This document shows, in pieces, positions 26,593-42,200 of a stretch of DNA of 64,000 nucleotides. How positions within the stretch are numbered: the stretch's first letter is position 1; each line of letters begins with the position of its first letter. The stretch is from Eledone cirrhosa (lineage: Eukaryota): the NCBI GenBank assembly GCA_964016885.1, contig OZ024743.1, positions 374,232,001-374,296,000 of the forward strand, read 5' to 3'. The notes beneath the pieces were generated by a model. That model was not told the DNA's origin. It ran no database searches and saw nothing but the letters and a program-made list of their open reading frames with translations. The translations under genes were made by a program, and so were the position numbers.

Positions 26593-29500
26593 ATGTTTAT
26601 AGCCAACACTTGTTGCACTTTATGGTGCAGAGAACACGGTACTACTGACTTACACTACATGTTTATAGCCAACACTTGTTGCACTTTATGGTGCAGAGAA
26701 CACGGTACTACTGACTTACTCTACATGTTTATAACCAACACTTGTTGCACCTTATGGTGCAGAGAACACGGTACTACTGACTTACTCTACATGTTTATAG
26801 CCAACACTTGTTGCACTTTATGGTGCAGAGAACACGGTACTACTGACTTACTCTACATGTTTATAGCCAACACTTGTTGCACTTTAGGATGCAGAGAACA
26901 CGGTACTACTGACTTACTCTACATGTTTATAGCCAACACTTGTTGCACTTTATGGTGCAGAGAACACGGTACTACTGACTTACACTACATGTTTATAGCC
27001 AACACTTGTTGCACTTTATGGTGCAGAGAACACGGTACTACTGACTTACTCTACATGTTTATAGCCAACACTTGTTGCACTTTATGGTGCAGAGAACACG
27101 GTACTACTGACTTACTCTACATGTTTATTGCCAACACTTGTTGCACTTTAGGATGCAGTGAACACGGTACTACTGACTTACTCAACATGTTTATAGCCAA
27201 CACTTGTTGCACTTTATGGTGCAGAGAACAAAGTACTACTGACTTACTCTACATGTTTATAGCCAACACTTGTTGCAATTTATTGTGCAGAGAACAAAGT
27301 ACTACTGACATACTCTTCATGTTTATAGCCAACACTTGATGCACTTTATGGTGCAGAGAACACAGTACTACTGACTTACTCTACATGTTTATAGCCAACA
27401 CTTGTTGCACTTTATGGTGCAGAGAATACGGTACTACTGACTTACTCTACATGTTTATAGCCAACACTTGTTCCACTTTATGGTGCAGAGAACACGGTAC
27501 TACTGACTTACTCTACATGTTTATAGCCAACACTTATTGCACTTTATGGTGCAGAGAACACGGTACTACTGACTTACTCTACATGTTTATAGCCAACACT
27601 TGTTGCACTTTAGGATGCAGAGAACACGGTACTACTGACTTACTCTACATGTTTATAGCCAACACTTGTTGCACCTTATGGTGCAGAGAACATGGTACTA
27701 CTGACTTACTCTACATGTTTATAGCTAACACTTGTTGCACTTTAGGATGCAGAGAACACGGTACTACTGACTTACTCTACATGTTTATAGCCAACACTTG
27801 TTCCACCTATGTTGCACATAACACAGTACTACTGACTTACACTACATGTTTATAGCCAACACTTGTTGCACTTTATGGTGCAGAGAACACGGTACTACTG
27901 ACTTACTCTACATGTTTAGAGCCAACACTTGTTGCACTTTATGGTGCAGAGAACACGGTACTACTGACTTACTCTACATGTTTATAGCCAACACTTGTTG
28001 CACCTATGTTGCACATAACACAGTACTACTGACTTACACTACATGTTTATAGCCAACACTTGTTGAACTTTATGGTGCAGAGAACACGGTACTACTGACT
28101 TACTCTACATGTTTATAGCCAACACTTGTTGCACTTTATGGTGCAGAGAACACGGTACTGCTGACTTACTCTACATGTTTATAGCCAACACTTGTTGCAC
28201 TTTAGGATGCAGAGAACACGGTACTACTTACTTACTCTACATGTTTATAGCCAACACTTGTAGCACTTTATGGTGCAGAGAACAAAGTACTGACTTACTC
28301 TACATGTTTATAGACAACACTTGTTGCACTTTATGGTGCAGAGAACACGGTACTACTGACTTACTCTACATGTTTATAGCCAACACTTGTTGCACTTTAG
28401 GATGCAGAGAACACGGTACTACTGACTTACTCTACATGTTTATAGCCAACACTTGTTGCACTTTATGGTGCAGAGAATACGGTACTACTGACTTACTCTA
28501 CATGTTTATAGCCAACACTTGTTGCACTTTATGGTGCAGAGAACACGGTACTACTGACTTACTCTACATGTCTATAGCCAACACTTGTTGCACTTTAGGA
28601 TGCAGAGAACACGATACTACTGACTTACTCTACATGTTTATAGCCAACACTTGTTGCACTTTATGGTGCAGAGAACACGGTACTACTGACTTACTCTACA
28701 TGTTTATAGCCAACACTTGTTGCACTTTAGGATGCAGAGAACACGGTACTACTGACTTACTCTACATGTTTATAGCCAACACTTGTTGCACTTTATGGTG
28801 CAGAGAACACGGTACTACTGACTTACACTACATGTTTATAGCCAACACTTGTTGCACTTTATGGTGCAGAGAACACGGTACTACTGACTTACTCTACATG
28901 TTTATAACCAACACTTGTTGCACCTTATGGTGCAGAGAACACGGTACTACTGACTTACTCTACATGTTTATAGCCAACACTTGTTGCACTTTATGGTGCA
29001 GAGAACACGGTACTACTGACTTACTCTACATGTTTATAGCCAACACTTGTTGCACTTTAGGATGCAGAGAACACGGTACTACTGACTTACTCTACATGTT
29101 TATAGCCAACACTTGTTGCACTTTATGGTGCAGAGAACACGGTACTACTGACTTACACTACATGTTTATAGCCAACACTTGTTGCACTTTATGGTGCAGA
29201 GAACACGGTACTACTGACTTACTCTACATGTTTATAGCCAACACTTGTTGCACTTTATGGTGCAGAGAACACGGTACTACTGACTTACTCTACATGTTTA
29301 TTGCCAACACTTGTTGCACTTTAGGATGCAGTGAACACGGTACTACTGACTTACTCAACATGTTTATAGCCAACACTTGTTGCACTTTATGGTGCAGAGA
29401 ACAAAGTACTACTGACTTACTCTACATGTTTATAGCCAACACTTGTTGCAATTTATTGTGCAGAGAACAAAGTACTACTGACATACTCTTCATGTTTATA

Positions 29501-30480
29501 GCCAACACTTGATGCACTTTATGGTGCAGAGAACACAGTACTACTGACTTACTCTACATGTTTATAGCCAACACTTGTTGCACTTTATGGTGCAGAGAAT
29601 ACGGTACTACTGACTTACTCTACATGTTTATAGCCAACACTTGTTCCACTTTATGGTGCAGAGAACACGGTACTACTGACTTACTCTACATGTTTATAGC
29701 CAACACTTATTGCACTTTATGGTGCAGAGAACACGGTACTACTGACTTACTCTACATGTTTATAGCCAACACTTGTTGCACTTTAGGATGCAGAGAACAC
29801 GGTACTACTGACTTACTCTACATGTTTATAGCCAACACTTGTTCCACCTATGTTGCACATAACACAGTACTACTGACTTACACTACATGTTTATAGCCAA
29901 CACTTGTTGCACCTTATGGTGCAGAGAACATGGTACTACTGACTTACTCTACATGTTTATAGCTAACACTTGTTGCACTTTAGGATGCAGAGAACACGGT
30001 ACTACTGACTTACTCTACATGTTTATAGCCAACACTTGTTCCACCTATGTTGCACATAACACAGTACTACTGACTTACACTACATGTTTATAGCCAACAC
30101 TTGTTGCACTTTATGGTGCAGAGAACACGGTACTACTGACTTACTCTACATGTTTAGAGCCAACACTTGTTGCACTTTATGGTGCAGAGAACACGGTACT
30201 ACTGACTTACTCTACATGTTTATAGCCAACACTTGTTGCACCTATGTTGCACATAACACAGTACTACTGACTTACACTACATGTTTATAGCCAACACTTG
30301 TTGAACTTTATGGTGCAGAGAACACGGTACTACTGACTTACTCTACATGTTTATAGCCAACACTTGTTGCACTTTATGGTGCAGAGAACACGGTACTGCT
30401 GACTTACTCTACATGTTTATAGCCAACACTTGTTGCACTTTAGGATGCAGAGAACACGGTACTACTTACTTACTCTACGT
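26593..30480. repeat. Imperfect higher-order duplication, 33-34 monomers (2173/2238 bp)
   Basis: Markers ATTGCC, CAGTGAA, CTCAAC, GACATA and ACTTGATG recur at 2173 bp (27339/29512 = 33x66 - 5). Downstream markers recur at 2238 bp (27846/30084) because of one extra 65-bp monomer. Confidence 0.85.
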
Positions 30481-30799
30481 GTTTATAGCCAACACTTGTT
30501 GCACTTTATGGTGCAGAGAATACGGTACTACTGACTTACTATACATGTTTATAGCCATTACTTGTTGCACTTTATGGTGCAGAGAACACGGTACTGCTGA
30601 CTTACTCTACATGTTTATAGCCAACACTTGTTGCATTTTAGGATGCAGAGAACACGGTACTGCTGACTTACTCTACATGTTTATAGCCAACACTTGTTGC
30701 ACTTTATGGTGCAGAGAACACGGTACTACTGACTTACTCTACATGTTTATAGCCAACACTTGTTGCACTTTAGGATGCAGAGAACACGGTACTACTGAC

Positions 30800-33700
30800 T
30801 TACTCTACATGTTTATAGCCAACACTTGTTGCACTTTATGGTGCAGAGAATACGGTACTACTGACTTACTCTACATGTTTATAGCCAACACTTGTTGCAC
30901 TTTAGGATGCAGAAAACACGGTACTACTGACTTACACTACATGTTTATAGCCAACACTTGTTGCACTTTAGGATGCAGAGAACACGGTACTATTGACTTA
31001 CTCTACATGTTTATAGCCAACACTTGTTGCACTTTATGGTGCAGAGAATACGGTACTACTGACTTACTCTACATGTTTATAGCCAACACTTGTTGCACTT
31101 TATGGTGCAGAAAACACGGTACTACTGATTTACACTACATGTTTATAGCCAACACCTGTTGCACTTTAGGATGCACAGAACACGGTACTACTGACTTACT
31201 CTATATGTTTATAGCCAACACTTGTTGCACTTTATGGTGCAGAGAACACGGTACTACTGACTTACTCTACATGTTTATAGCCAACACTTGTTGCATTTTA
31301 GGATGCAGAGAACACGGTACTACTGACTTACTCTACATGTTTATAGCCAACACTTGTTGCACCTTATGGTGCAGAGAACACGGTACTACTGACTTACTGT
31401 ACATGTTTATAGCCAACACTTGTTGCACTTTAGGATGCAGAGAACACGGTACTACTGACTTACTCTACATGTTTATAGCCAACACTTGTTCCACCTATGT
31501 TGCACATAACTCAGTACTACTGACTTACACTACATGTTTATAGCCAACACTTGTTGCACTTTATGGTGCAGAGAACACGGTACTACTGACTTACTCTACA
31601 TGTTTAGAGCCAACACTTGTTGCACTTTATGGTGCAGAGAACACGGTACTACTGACTTACTCTACATGTTTATAGCCAACACTTGTTGCACTTTAGGATG
31701 CAGAGAACACGGTACTACTGACTTACTCTACATGTTTATAGCCAACACTTGTTGCACCTTATGGTGCAGAGAACACGGTACTACTGACTTACTCTACATG
31801 TTTATAGCCAACACTTGTTGCACTTTAGGATGCAGAGAACACGGTACTGCTGACTTACTCTACATGTTTATAGCCAACACTTCTTGCACTTTAGGATGCA
31901 GAGAACACGGTATTACTGACTTACTCTACATGTTTATAGCCAACACTTGTTGCACTTTAGGATGCAGAGAACACGGTACTACTGACTTACTCTACATGTT
32001 TATAGCCAACACTTGTTGCACTTTATGGTGCAGAGAACACGGTACTACTGACTTACTCTACATGTTTAGAGCCAACACTTGTTGCACTTTATGGTGCAGA
32101 GAACACGGTACTACTGACTTACTCTACATGTTTATAGCCAACACTTGTAGTACTTTAGGATGCAGAGAACACGGTACTGCTGACTTACTCTACATGTTTA
32201 TAGCCAACACTTGTTGCACTTTAGTATGCAGAGAACACGGTACTACTGACTTACTCTACATGTTTATAGCCAACACTTGTTGCACTTTATGGTGCAGAGA
32301 ACAGGGTACTTCTGATTTACTCCACATGTTTATAGCCAACACTTCTTGCACTTTAGGATGCAGAGAACACGGTATTACTGACTTACTCTACATGTTTATA
32401 GCCAACACTTGTTGCACTTTAGGATGCAGAGAACACGGTACTACTGACTTACTCTACATGTTTATAGCCAACACTTGTTGCACTTTATGGTGCAGAGAAC
32501 ACGGTACTGCTGACTTACTCTACATGTTTATAGCCAACACTTGTTGTACATTAGGATGCAGAGAACACGGTAGTGCTGACTTACTCTACATGTTTATAGC
32601 CAACACTTGTTGGACTTTAGGATGCAGAGAACACGGTACTACTGACTTACTCTACATGTTTATAGCCAACACTTGTTGCACTTTATGGTGCAGAGAACAC
32701 GGTACTACTGACTTACTCTACATGTTTATAGCCAACACTTGTTGCACTTTATGGTGCAGAGAACACGGTACTACTGACTTAATCTACATGTTTTTAGCCA
32801 ACACTTGTTGCACTTTATGGTGCAGAGAACACGGTACTACTGACTTACTCTACATGTTTATAGCCAACACCTGTTGCAATTTATGGTGCAGAGAACACGG
32901 TACTACTGACTTACTCTACATGTTTATAGCCAACACTTGTTGCACTTTATGGTGCAGAGAACACGGTACTACTGACTTACTCTACATGTTTATAGCCAAC
33001 ACTTGTTGCACTTTATGGTGCAGAGAATACGGTACTACTGACTTACTCTACATGTTTATAGCCAACACTTGTTGCACTTTAGGATGCAGAAAACACGGTA
33101 CTACTGACTTACACTACATGTTTATAGCCAACACTTGTTGCACTTTAGGATGCAGAGAACACGGTACTATTGACTTACTCTACATGTTTATAGCCAACAC
33201 TTGTTGCACTTTATGGTGCAGATAATACGGTACTACTGACTTACTCTACATGTTTATAGCCAACACTTGTTGCACTTTATGGTGCAGAAAACACGGTACT
33301 ACTGATTTACACTACATGTTTATAGCCAACACTTGTTGCACTTTCGGATGCAGAGAACACGATACTACTGACTTACTCTACATGTTTATAGCCAACACTT
33401 GTTGCACTTTATGGTGCAGAGAACACGGTACTACTGACTTACTCTACATGTTTATAGCCAACACTTGTTGCACTTTAGGATGCACAGAACACGGTACTAC
33501 TGACTTACTCTATATGTTTATAGCCAACACTTGTTGCACTTTATGGTGCAGAGAACACGGTACTACTGACTTACTCTACATGTTTATAGCCAACACTTGT
33601 TGCATTTTAGGATGCAGAGAACACGGTACTACTGACTTACTCTACATGTTTATAGCCAACACTTGTTGCACCTTATGGTGCAGAGAACACGGTACTACTG

Positions 33701-35030
33701 ACTTACTCTACATGTTTATAGCCAACACTTGTTGCACTTTAGGATGCAGAGAACACGGTACTACTGACTTACTCTACATGTTTATAGCCAACACTTGTTC
33801 CACCTATGTTGCACATAACACAGTACTACTGACTTACACTACATGTTTATAGCCAACACTTGTTGCACTTTATGGTGCAGAGAACACGGTACTACTGACT
33901 TACTCTACATGTTTAGAGCCAACACTTGTTGCACTTTATGGTGCAGAGAACACGGTACTACTGACTTACTCTACATGTTTATAGCCAACACTTGTTGCAC
34001 CTTATGGTGCAGAGAACACGGTACTACTGACTTACTCTACATGTTTATAGCCAACACTTGTTGCACTTTAGGATGCAGAGAACACGGTACTGCTGACTTA
34101 CTCTACATGTTTATAGCCAACACTTCTTGCACTTTAGGATGCAGAGAACACGGTATTACTGACTTACTCTACATGTTTATAGCCAACACTTGTTGCACTT
34201 TAGGATGCAGAGAACACGGTACTACTGACTTACTCTACATGTTTATAGCCAACACTTGTTGCACTATATGGTGCAGAGAACACGGTACTACTGACTTACT
34301 CTACATGTTTAGAGCCAACACTTGTTGCACTTTATGGTGCAGAGAACACGGTACTACTGACTTACTCTACATGTTTATAGCCAACACTTGTAGTACTTTA
34401 GGATGCAGAGAACACGGTACTGCTGACTTACTCTACATGTTTATAGCCAACACTTGTTGCACTTTAGTATGCAGAGAACACGGTACTACTGACTTACTCT
34501 ACATGTTTATAGCCAACACTTGTTGCACTTTATGGTGCAGAGAACACGGTACTTCTGATTTACTCCACATGTTTATAGCCAACACTTCTTGCACTTTAGG
34601 ATGCAGAGAACACGGTATTACTGACTTACTCTACATGTTTATAGCCAACACTTGTTGCACTTTAGGATGCAGAGAACACGGTACTACTGACTTACTCTAC
34701 ATGTTTATAGCCAACACTTGTTGCACTTTATGGTGCAGAGAACACGGTACTACTGACTTACTCTACATGTTTATAGCCAACACTTGTTGCACTTTATGGT
34801 GCAGAGAACACGGTACTACTGACTTAATCTACATGTTTTTAGCCAACACTTGTTGCACTTTATGGTGCAGAGAACACGGTACTACTGACTTACTCTACAT
34901 GTTTATAGCCAACACCTGTTGCAATTTATGGTGCAGAGAACACGGTACTACTGACTTACTCTACATGTTTATAGCCAACACTTGTTGCACTTTATGGTGC
35001 AGAGAACACGGTACTACTGACTTACTCTAC
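30800..35030. repeat. Imperfect higher-order duplication, ~33-35 monomers (2309 bp between divergent monomers)
   Basis: Markers AGAAAACAC, ACTATT, TGCACAGAA, TGCATT, TAGTACT and ACTTCTGAT recur in order. 31534/33843 = 2309 = 35x66 - 1. The offset varies by whole monomers and the boundaries are approximate. Confidence 0.75.
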
Positions 35031-36549
35031 ATGTTTATAGCCAACACTTGTTGCACTTTAGGATGCAGAGAACACGGTACTACTGACTTACTCTACATGT
35101 TTATAGCCAACACTTGTTGCACTTTATGGTGCAGAGAACACGGTACTGCTGACTTACTCTACATGTTTATAGCCAACACTTGTTGTACATTAGGATGCAG
35201 AGAACTCGGTACTGCTGACTTACTCTACATGTTTATAGCCAACACTTGTTGCACTTTAGGATGCAGAGAACACGGTACTACTGACTTACTCTACATGTTT
35301 ATAGCCAACACTTGTTGCACTTTATGGTGCAGAGAACACAGTACTACTGACTTACTCTACATGTTTATAGCCAACACTTGTTGCACTTCATGGTGCAGAG
35401 AACACGGTTCTACTGACCTACTCTACATGTTTATAGCCAACACTTGTTGCAATTTAGGATGCAGAGAACACGGTACTACTGACTTACTCTACATGTTTAT
35501 AGCCAACACTTGTTGCACTTTAGGATGCAGAGAACACGGTACTACTGATTTACTCTACATGTTTATAGCCAACACTTGTTGCAATTTATGGTGCAGAGAA
35601 CACGGTTCTACTGACCTACTCTACATGTTTATAGCCAACACTTGTTGCAATTTAGGATGCAGAGAACACGGTACTACTGACTTACTCTACATGTTTATAG
35701 CCAACACTTGTTGCACTTTATGGTGCAGAGAACACGGTACTACTGACTTACTCTACATGTTTATAGCCAACACTTGTTGCACTTTAGGATGCAGAGAACA
35801 CGGTACTACTGACTTACTCTACATGTTTATAGCCAACACTTGTTGCACCTTATGGTGCAGAGAACACGGTACTACTGACTTACTCTACATGTTTATAGCC
35901 AACACTTGTTGCACTTTAGGATGCAGAGAACACGGTATTACTGACTTACTCTACATGTTTATAGCCAACACCTGTTGCACTTTAGGATGCAGAGAACACG
36001 GTACTACTGATTTACTCTACATGTTTATAGCCAACACTTGTTGCACTTTAGGATGCAGAGAACACGGTACTACTGACTTACTCTACATGTTTATAGCCAA
36101 CACCTGTTGCACTTTATGGTGCAGAGAACACGGTACTACTGATTTACTCCACATGTTTATAGCCAACACTTGTTGCACTTTAGGATGCAGAGAACACGGT
36201 ACTACTGACTTACTCTACATGTTTATAGCCAACACTTGTTGCACTTTATGGTGCAGAGAACACGGTACTACTGACTTACTCTACATGTTTATAGCCAACA
36301 CTTGTTGCACTTTAGGATGCAGAGAACACGGTACTACTGACTTACTCTACATGTTTATAGCCAACACTTGTTGCACTTTATGGTGCAGAGAACACGGTAC
36401 TACTGACTTACTCTACATGTTTATAGCCAACACTTGTTGCACTTTATGGTGCAGAGAACACGGTACTACTGACTTACTCTACATGTTTATAGCCAACACT
36501 TGTTGCACTTTATGGTGCAGAGAACACGGTACTACTGACTTACTCTACA

Positions 36550-39500
36550 TGTTTATAGCCACCACTTGTTGCACTTTATGGTGCAGAGAACACGGTACTA
36601 CTGACTTACTCTACATGTTTATAGCCAACACTTGTTGCACTTTATGGTGCAGAGAACACGGTACTACTGACTTACTCTACATGTTTATAGCCAACACTTG
36701 TTGCACCTTATGGTGCAGAGAACACGGTACTACTGACTTACTCTACATGTTTATAGCCAACACTTGTTGCACTTTAGGATGCAGAGAACACGGTACTGCT
36801 GACTTACTCTACATGTTTATAGCCAACACTTCTTGCACTTTAGGATGCAGAGAACACGGTATTACTGACTTACTCTACATGTTTATAGCCAACACTTGTT
36901 ACACTTTAGGATGCAGAGAACACGGTACTACTGACTTACTCTACATGTTTATAGCCAACACTTGTTGCACTTTATGGTGCAGAGAACACGGTACTGCTGA
37001 CTTACTCTACATGTTTATAGCCAACACTTGTTGTACTTTAGGATGCAGAGAACACGGTACTGCTGACTTACTCTACATGTTTATAGCCAACACTTGTTGC
37101 ACTTTAGTATGCAGAGAACACGGTACTACTGACTTACTCTACATGTTTATAGCCAACACTTGTTGCACTTTATGGTGCAGAGAACACGGTACTACTGATT
37201 TACTCCACATGTTTATAGCCAACACTTGTTGCACTTTAGGATGCAGAGAACACGGTACTACTGACTTACTCTACATGTTTATAGCCAACACTTGTTGCAC
37301 TTTATGGTGCAGAGAACACGGTACTGCTGACTTACTCTACATGTTTATAGCCAACACTTGTTGTACATTAGGATGCAGAGAACTCGGTACTGCTGACTTA
37401 CTCTACATGTTTATAGCCAACAATTGTTGCACTTTAGGATGAAGAGAACACGGTACTACTGACTTACTCTACATGTTTATAGCCAACACTTGTTGCACTT
37501 TATGGTGCAGAGAACACGGTACTACTGACTTACTCTACATGTTTATAGCCAACACTTGTTGCACTTTATGGTGCAGAGAACACGGTACTACTGACTTACT
37601 CTACATGTTTATAGCCAACACTTGGTGCACTCTATGGTGCAGAGAACACGGTTCTACTGACTTACTCTACATGTTTATAGCCAACACTTGTTGCACTTTA
37701 GGATGCAGAGAACACGGTACTACTGACTTACTCTACATGTTTATAGCCAACACTTGTTGCACTTTATGGTGCAGAGAACACGGTACTACTGACTTACTCT
37801 ACATGTTTATAGCCAACACTTGTTGCACTTTATGGTGCAGAGAACACGGTACTACTGACTTACTCTACATGTTTATAGCCAACACTTGTTGCACTTTATG
37901 GTGCAGAGAACACGGTACTACTGACTTACTCTACATGTTTATAGCCAACACTTGTTGCACTTTATGGTGCAGAGAACACGGTACTACTGACTTACTCTAC
38001 ATGTTTATAGCCAACACTTGGTGCACTTTATGGTTCAGAGAACACGGTTCTACTGACTTACTCTACATGTTTATAGCCAACACTTGTTGCACTTTAGGAT
38101 GCAGAGAACACGGTACTACTGACTTACTCTACATGTTTATAGCCAACACTTGTTGCACTTTATGGTGCAGAGAACACGGTACTACTGACTTACTCTACAT
38201 GTTTATAGCCAACACTTGTTGCACTTTATGGTGCAGAGAACACGGTACTACTGACTTACTCTACATGTTTATAGCCAACACTTGTTGCACTTTATGGTGC
38301 AGAGAACACGGTACTACTGACTTACTCTACATGTTTATAGCCAACACTTGTTGCACTTTAGGATGCAGAGAACACGGTACTACTGACTTACTCTACATGT
38401 TTATAGCCAACACTTGTTGCAATTTATGGTGCAGAGAACACGGTTCTACTGACTTACTCTACATGTTTATAGCCAACACTTGTTGCACTTTAGGATGCAG
38501 AGAACACGGTACTACTGACTTACTCTACATGTTTATAGCCAACACTTGTTGCACTTTATGGTGCAGAGAACACGGTACTACTGACTTACTCTACATGTTT
38601 ATAGCCAACACTTGTTGCACTTTATGGTGCAGAGAACACGGTACTACTGACTTACTCTACATGTTTATAGCCAACACTTGTTGCACTTTAGGATGCAGAG
38701 AACACGGTACTACTGACTTACTCTACATGTTTATAGCCAACACTTGTTGCACTTTATGGTGCAGAGAACACGGTACTGCTGACTTACTCTACATGTTTAT
38801 AGCCAACACTTGTTGTACATTAGGATGCAGAGAACTCGGTACTGCTGACTTACTCTACATGTTTATAGCCAACACTTGTTGCACTTTAGGATGCAGAGAA
38901 CACGGTACTACTGACTTACTCTACATGTTTATAGCCAACACTTGTTGCACTTTATGGTGCAGAGAACACGGTACTACTGACTTACTCTACATGTTTATAG
39001 CCAACACTTGTTGCACTTTATGGTGCAGAGAACACGGTACTACTGACTTACTCTACATGTTTATAGCCAACACTTGTTGCAATTTATGGTGCAGAGAACA
39101 CGGTTCTACTGACCTACTTTACATGTTTATAGCCAACACTTGTTGCAATTTAGGATGCAGAGAACACGGTACTACTGACTTACTCTACATGTTTATAGCC
39201 AACACTTGTTGCACTTTATGGTGCAGAGAACACGGTACTACTGACTTACTCTACATGTTTATAGCCAACACTTGTAGTACTTTAGGATGCAGAGAACACG
39301 GTACTACTGACTTACTCTACATGTTTATAGCCAACACTTGTTGCACTTTATGGTGCAGAGAACACGGTACTACTGACTTACTCTACATGTTTATAGCCAA
39401 CACTTGTTGCACTTTATGGTGCAGAGAACACGGTACTGCTGACTTACTCTACATGTTTATAGCCAACACTTGTTGTACATTAGGATGCAGAGAACACGGT

Positions 39501-42200
39501 AGTGCTGACTTACTCTACATGTTTATAGCCAACACTTGTTGCACTTTAGGATGCAGAGAACACGGTACTACTGACTTACTCTACATGTTTATAGCCAACA
39601 CTTGTTGCACTTTATGGTGCAGAGAACACGGTACTACTGACTTACTCTACATGTTTATAGCCAACACTTGTTGCACTTTATGGTGCAGAGAACACGGTAC
39701 TACTGACTTACTCTACATGTTTATAGCCAACACTTGTTGCACTTTATGGTGCAGAGAACACGGTACTACTGACTTACTCTACATGTTTATAGCCAACACT
39801 TGTTGCACTTTATGGTGCAGAGAACACGGTACTACTGACTTACTCTACATGTTTATAGCCAACACTTGTTGCACTTTATGGTGCAGAGAACACGGTACTA
39901 CTGACTTACTCTACATGTTTATAGCCAACACTTGTTGCACCTTATGGTGCAGAGAACACGGTACTACTGACTTACTCTACATGTTTATAGCCAACACTTG
40001 TTGCACTTTAGGATGCAGAGAACACGGTACTGCTGATTTACTCTACATGTTTATAGCCAACACTTCTTGCACTTTAGGATGCAGAGAACACGGTATTACT
40101 GACTTACTCTACATGTTTATAGCCAACACTTGTTGCACTTTAGGATGCAGAGAACACGGTACTACTGACTTACTCTACATGTTTATAGCCAACACTTGTT
40201 GCACTTTATGGTGCAGAGAACACGGTACTGCTGACTTACTCTACATGTTTATAGCCAACACTTGTTGTACTTTAGGATGCAGAGAACACGGTACTGCTGA
40301 CTTACTCTACATGTTTATAGCCAACACTTGTTGCACTTTAGTATGCAGAGAACACGGTACTACTGACTTACTCTACATGTTTATAGCCAACACTTGTTGC
40401 ACTTTATGGTGCAGAGAACACGGTACTACTGATTTACTCCACATGTTTATAGCCAACACTTGTTGCACTTTAGGATGCAGAGAACACGGTACTACTGACT
40501 TACTCTACATGTTTATAGCCAACACTTGTTGCACTTTATGGTGCAGAGAACACGGTACTGCTGACTTACTCTACATGTTTATAGCCAACACTTGTTGTAC
40601 ATTAGGATGCAGAGAACTCGGTACTGCTGACTTACTCTACATGTTTATAGCCAACAATTGTTGCACTTTAGGATGAAGAGAACACGGTACTACTGACTTA
40701 CTCTACATGTTTATAGCCAACACTTGTTGCACTTTATGGTGCAGAGAACACGGTACTACTGACTTACTCTACATGTTTATAGCCAACACTTGTTGCACTT
40801 TATGGTGCAGAGAACACGGTACTACTGACTTACTCTACATGTTTATAGCCAACACTTGGTGCACTTTATGGTGCAGAGAACACGGTTCTACTGACTTACT
40901 CTACATGTTTATAGCCAACACTTGTTGCACTTTAGGATGCAGAGAACACGGTACTACTGACTTACTCTACATGTTTATAGCCAACACTTGTTGCACTTTA
41001 TGGTGCAGAGAACACGGTACTACTGACTTACTCTACATGTTTATAGCCAACACTTGTTGCACTTTATGGTGCAGAGAACACGGTACTACTGACTTACTCT
41101 ACATGTTTATAGCCAACACTTGTTGCACTTTATGGTGCAGAGAACACGGTACTACTGACTTACTCTACATGTTTATAGCCAACACTTGGTGCACTTTATG
41201 GTTCAGAGAACACGGTTCTACTGACTTACTCTACATGTTTATAGCCAACACTTGTTGCACTTTAGGATGCAGAGAACACGGTACTACTGACTTACTCTAC
41301 ATGTTTATAGCCAACACTTGTTGCACTTTATGGTGCAGAGAACACGGTACTACTGACTTACTCTACATGTTTATAGCCAACACTTGTTGCACTTTATGGT
41401 GCAGAGAACACGGTACTACTGACTTACTCTACATGTTTATAGCCAACACTTGTTGCACTTTATGGTGCAGAGAACACGGTACTACTGACTTACTCTACAT
41501 GTTTATAGCCAACACTTGTTGCACTTTAGGATGCAGAGAACACGGTACTACTGACTTACTCTACATGTTTATAGCCAACACTTGTTGCAATTTATGGTGC
41601 AGAGAACACGGTTCTACTGACTTACTCTACATGTTTATAGCCAACACTTGTTGCACTTTAGGATGCAGAGAACACGGTACTACTGACTTACTCTACATGT
41701 TTATAGCCAACACTTGTTGCACTTTATGGTGCAGAGAACACGGTACTACTGACTTACTCTACATGTTTATAGCCAACACTTGTTGCACTTTATGGTGCAG
41801 AGAACACGGTACTACTGACTTACTCTACATGTTTATAGCCAACACTTGTTGCACTTTAGGATGCAGAGAACACGGTACTACTGACTTACTCTACATGTTT
41901 ATAGCCAACACTTGTTGCACTTTATGGTGTAGAGAACACGGTACTGCTGACTTACTCTACATGTTTATAGCCAACACTTGTTGTACATTAGGATGCAGAG
42001 AACTCGGTACTGCTGACTTACTCTACATGTTTATAGCCAACACTTGTTGCACTTTAGGATGCAGAGAACACGGTACTACTGACTTACTCTACATGTTTAT
42101 AGCCAACACTTGTTGCACTTTATGGTGCAGAGAACACGGTACTACTGACTTACTCTACATGTTTATAGCCAACACTTGTTGCACTTTATGGTGCAGAGAA
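36550..42200. repeat. Higher-order duplication, ~48-49 monomers (3234 bp)
   Basis: The AACAATTG...GGATGA monomer and neighbouring markers recur at 3234 bp = 49x66 (37473/40707). Boundaries are approximate. Confidence 0.78.
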
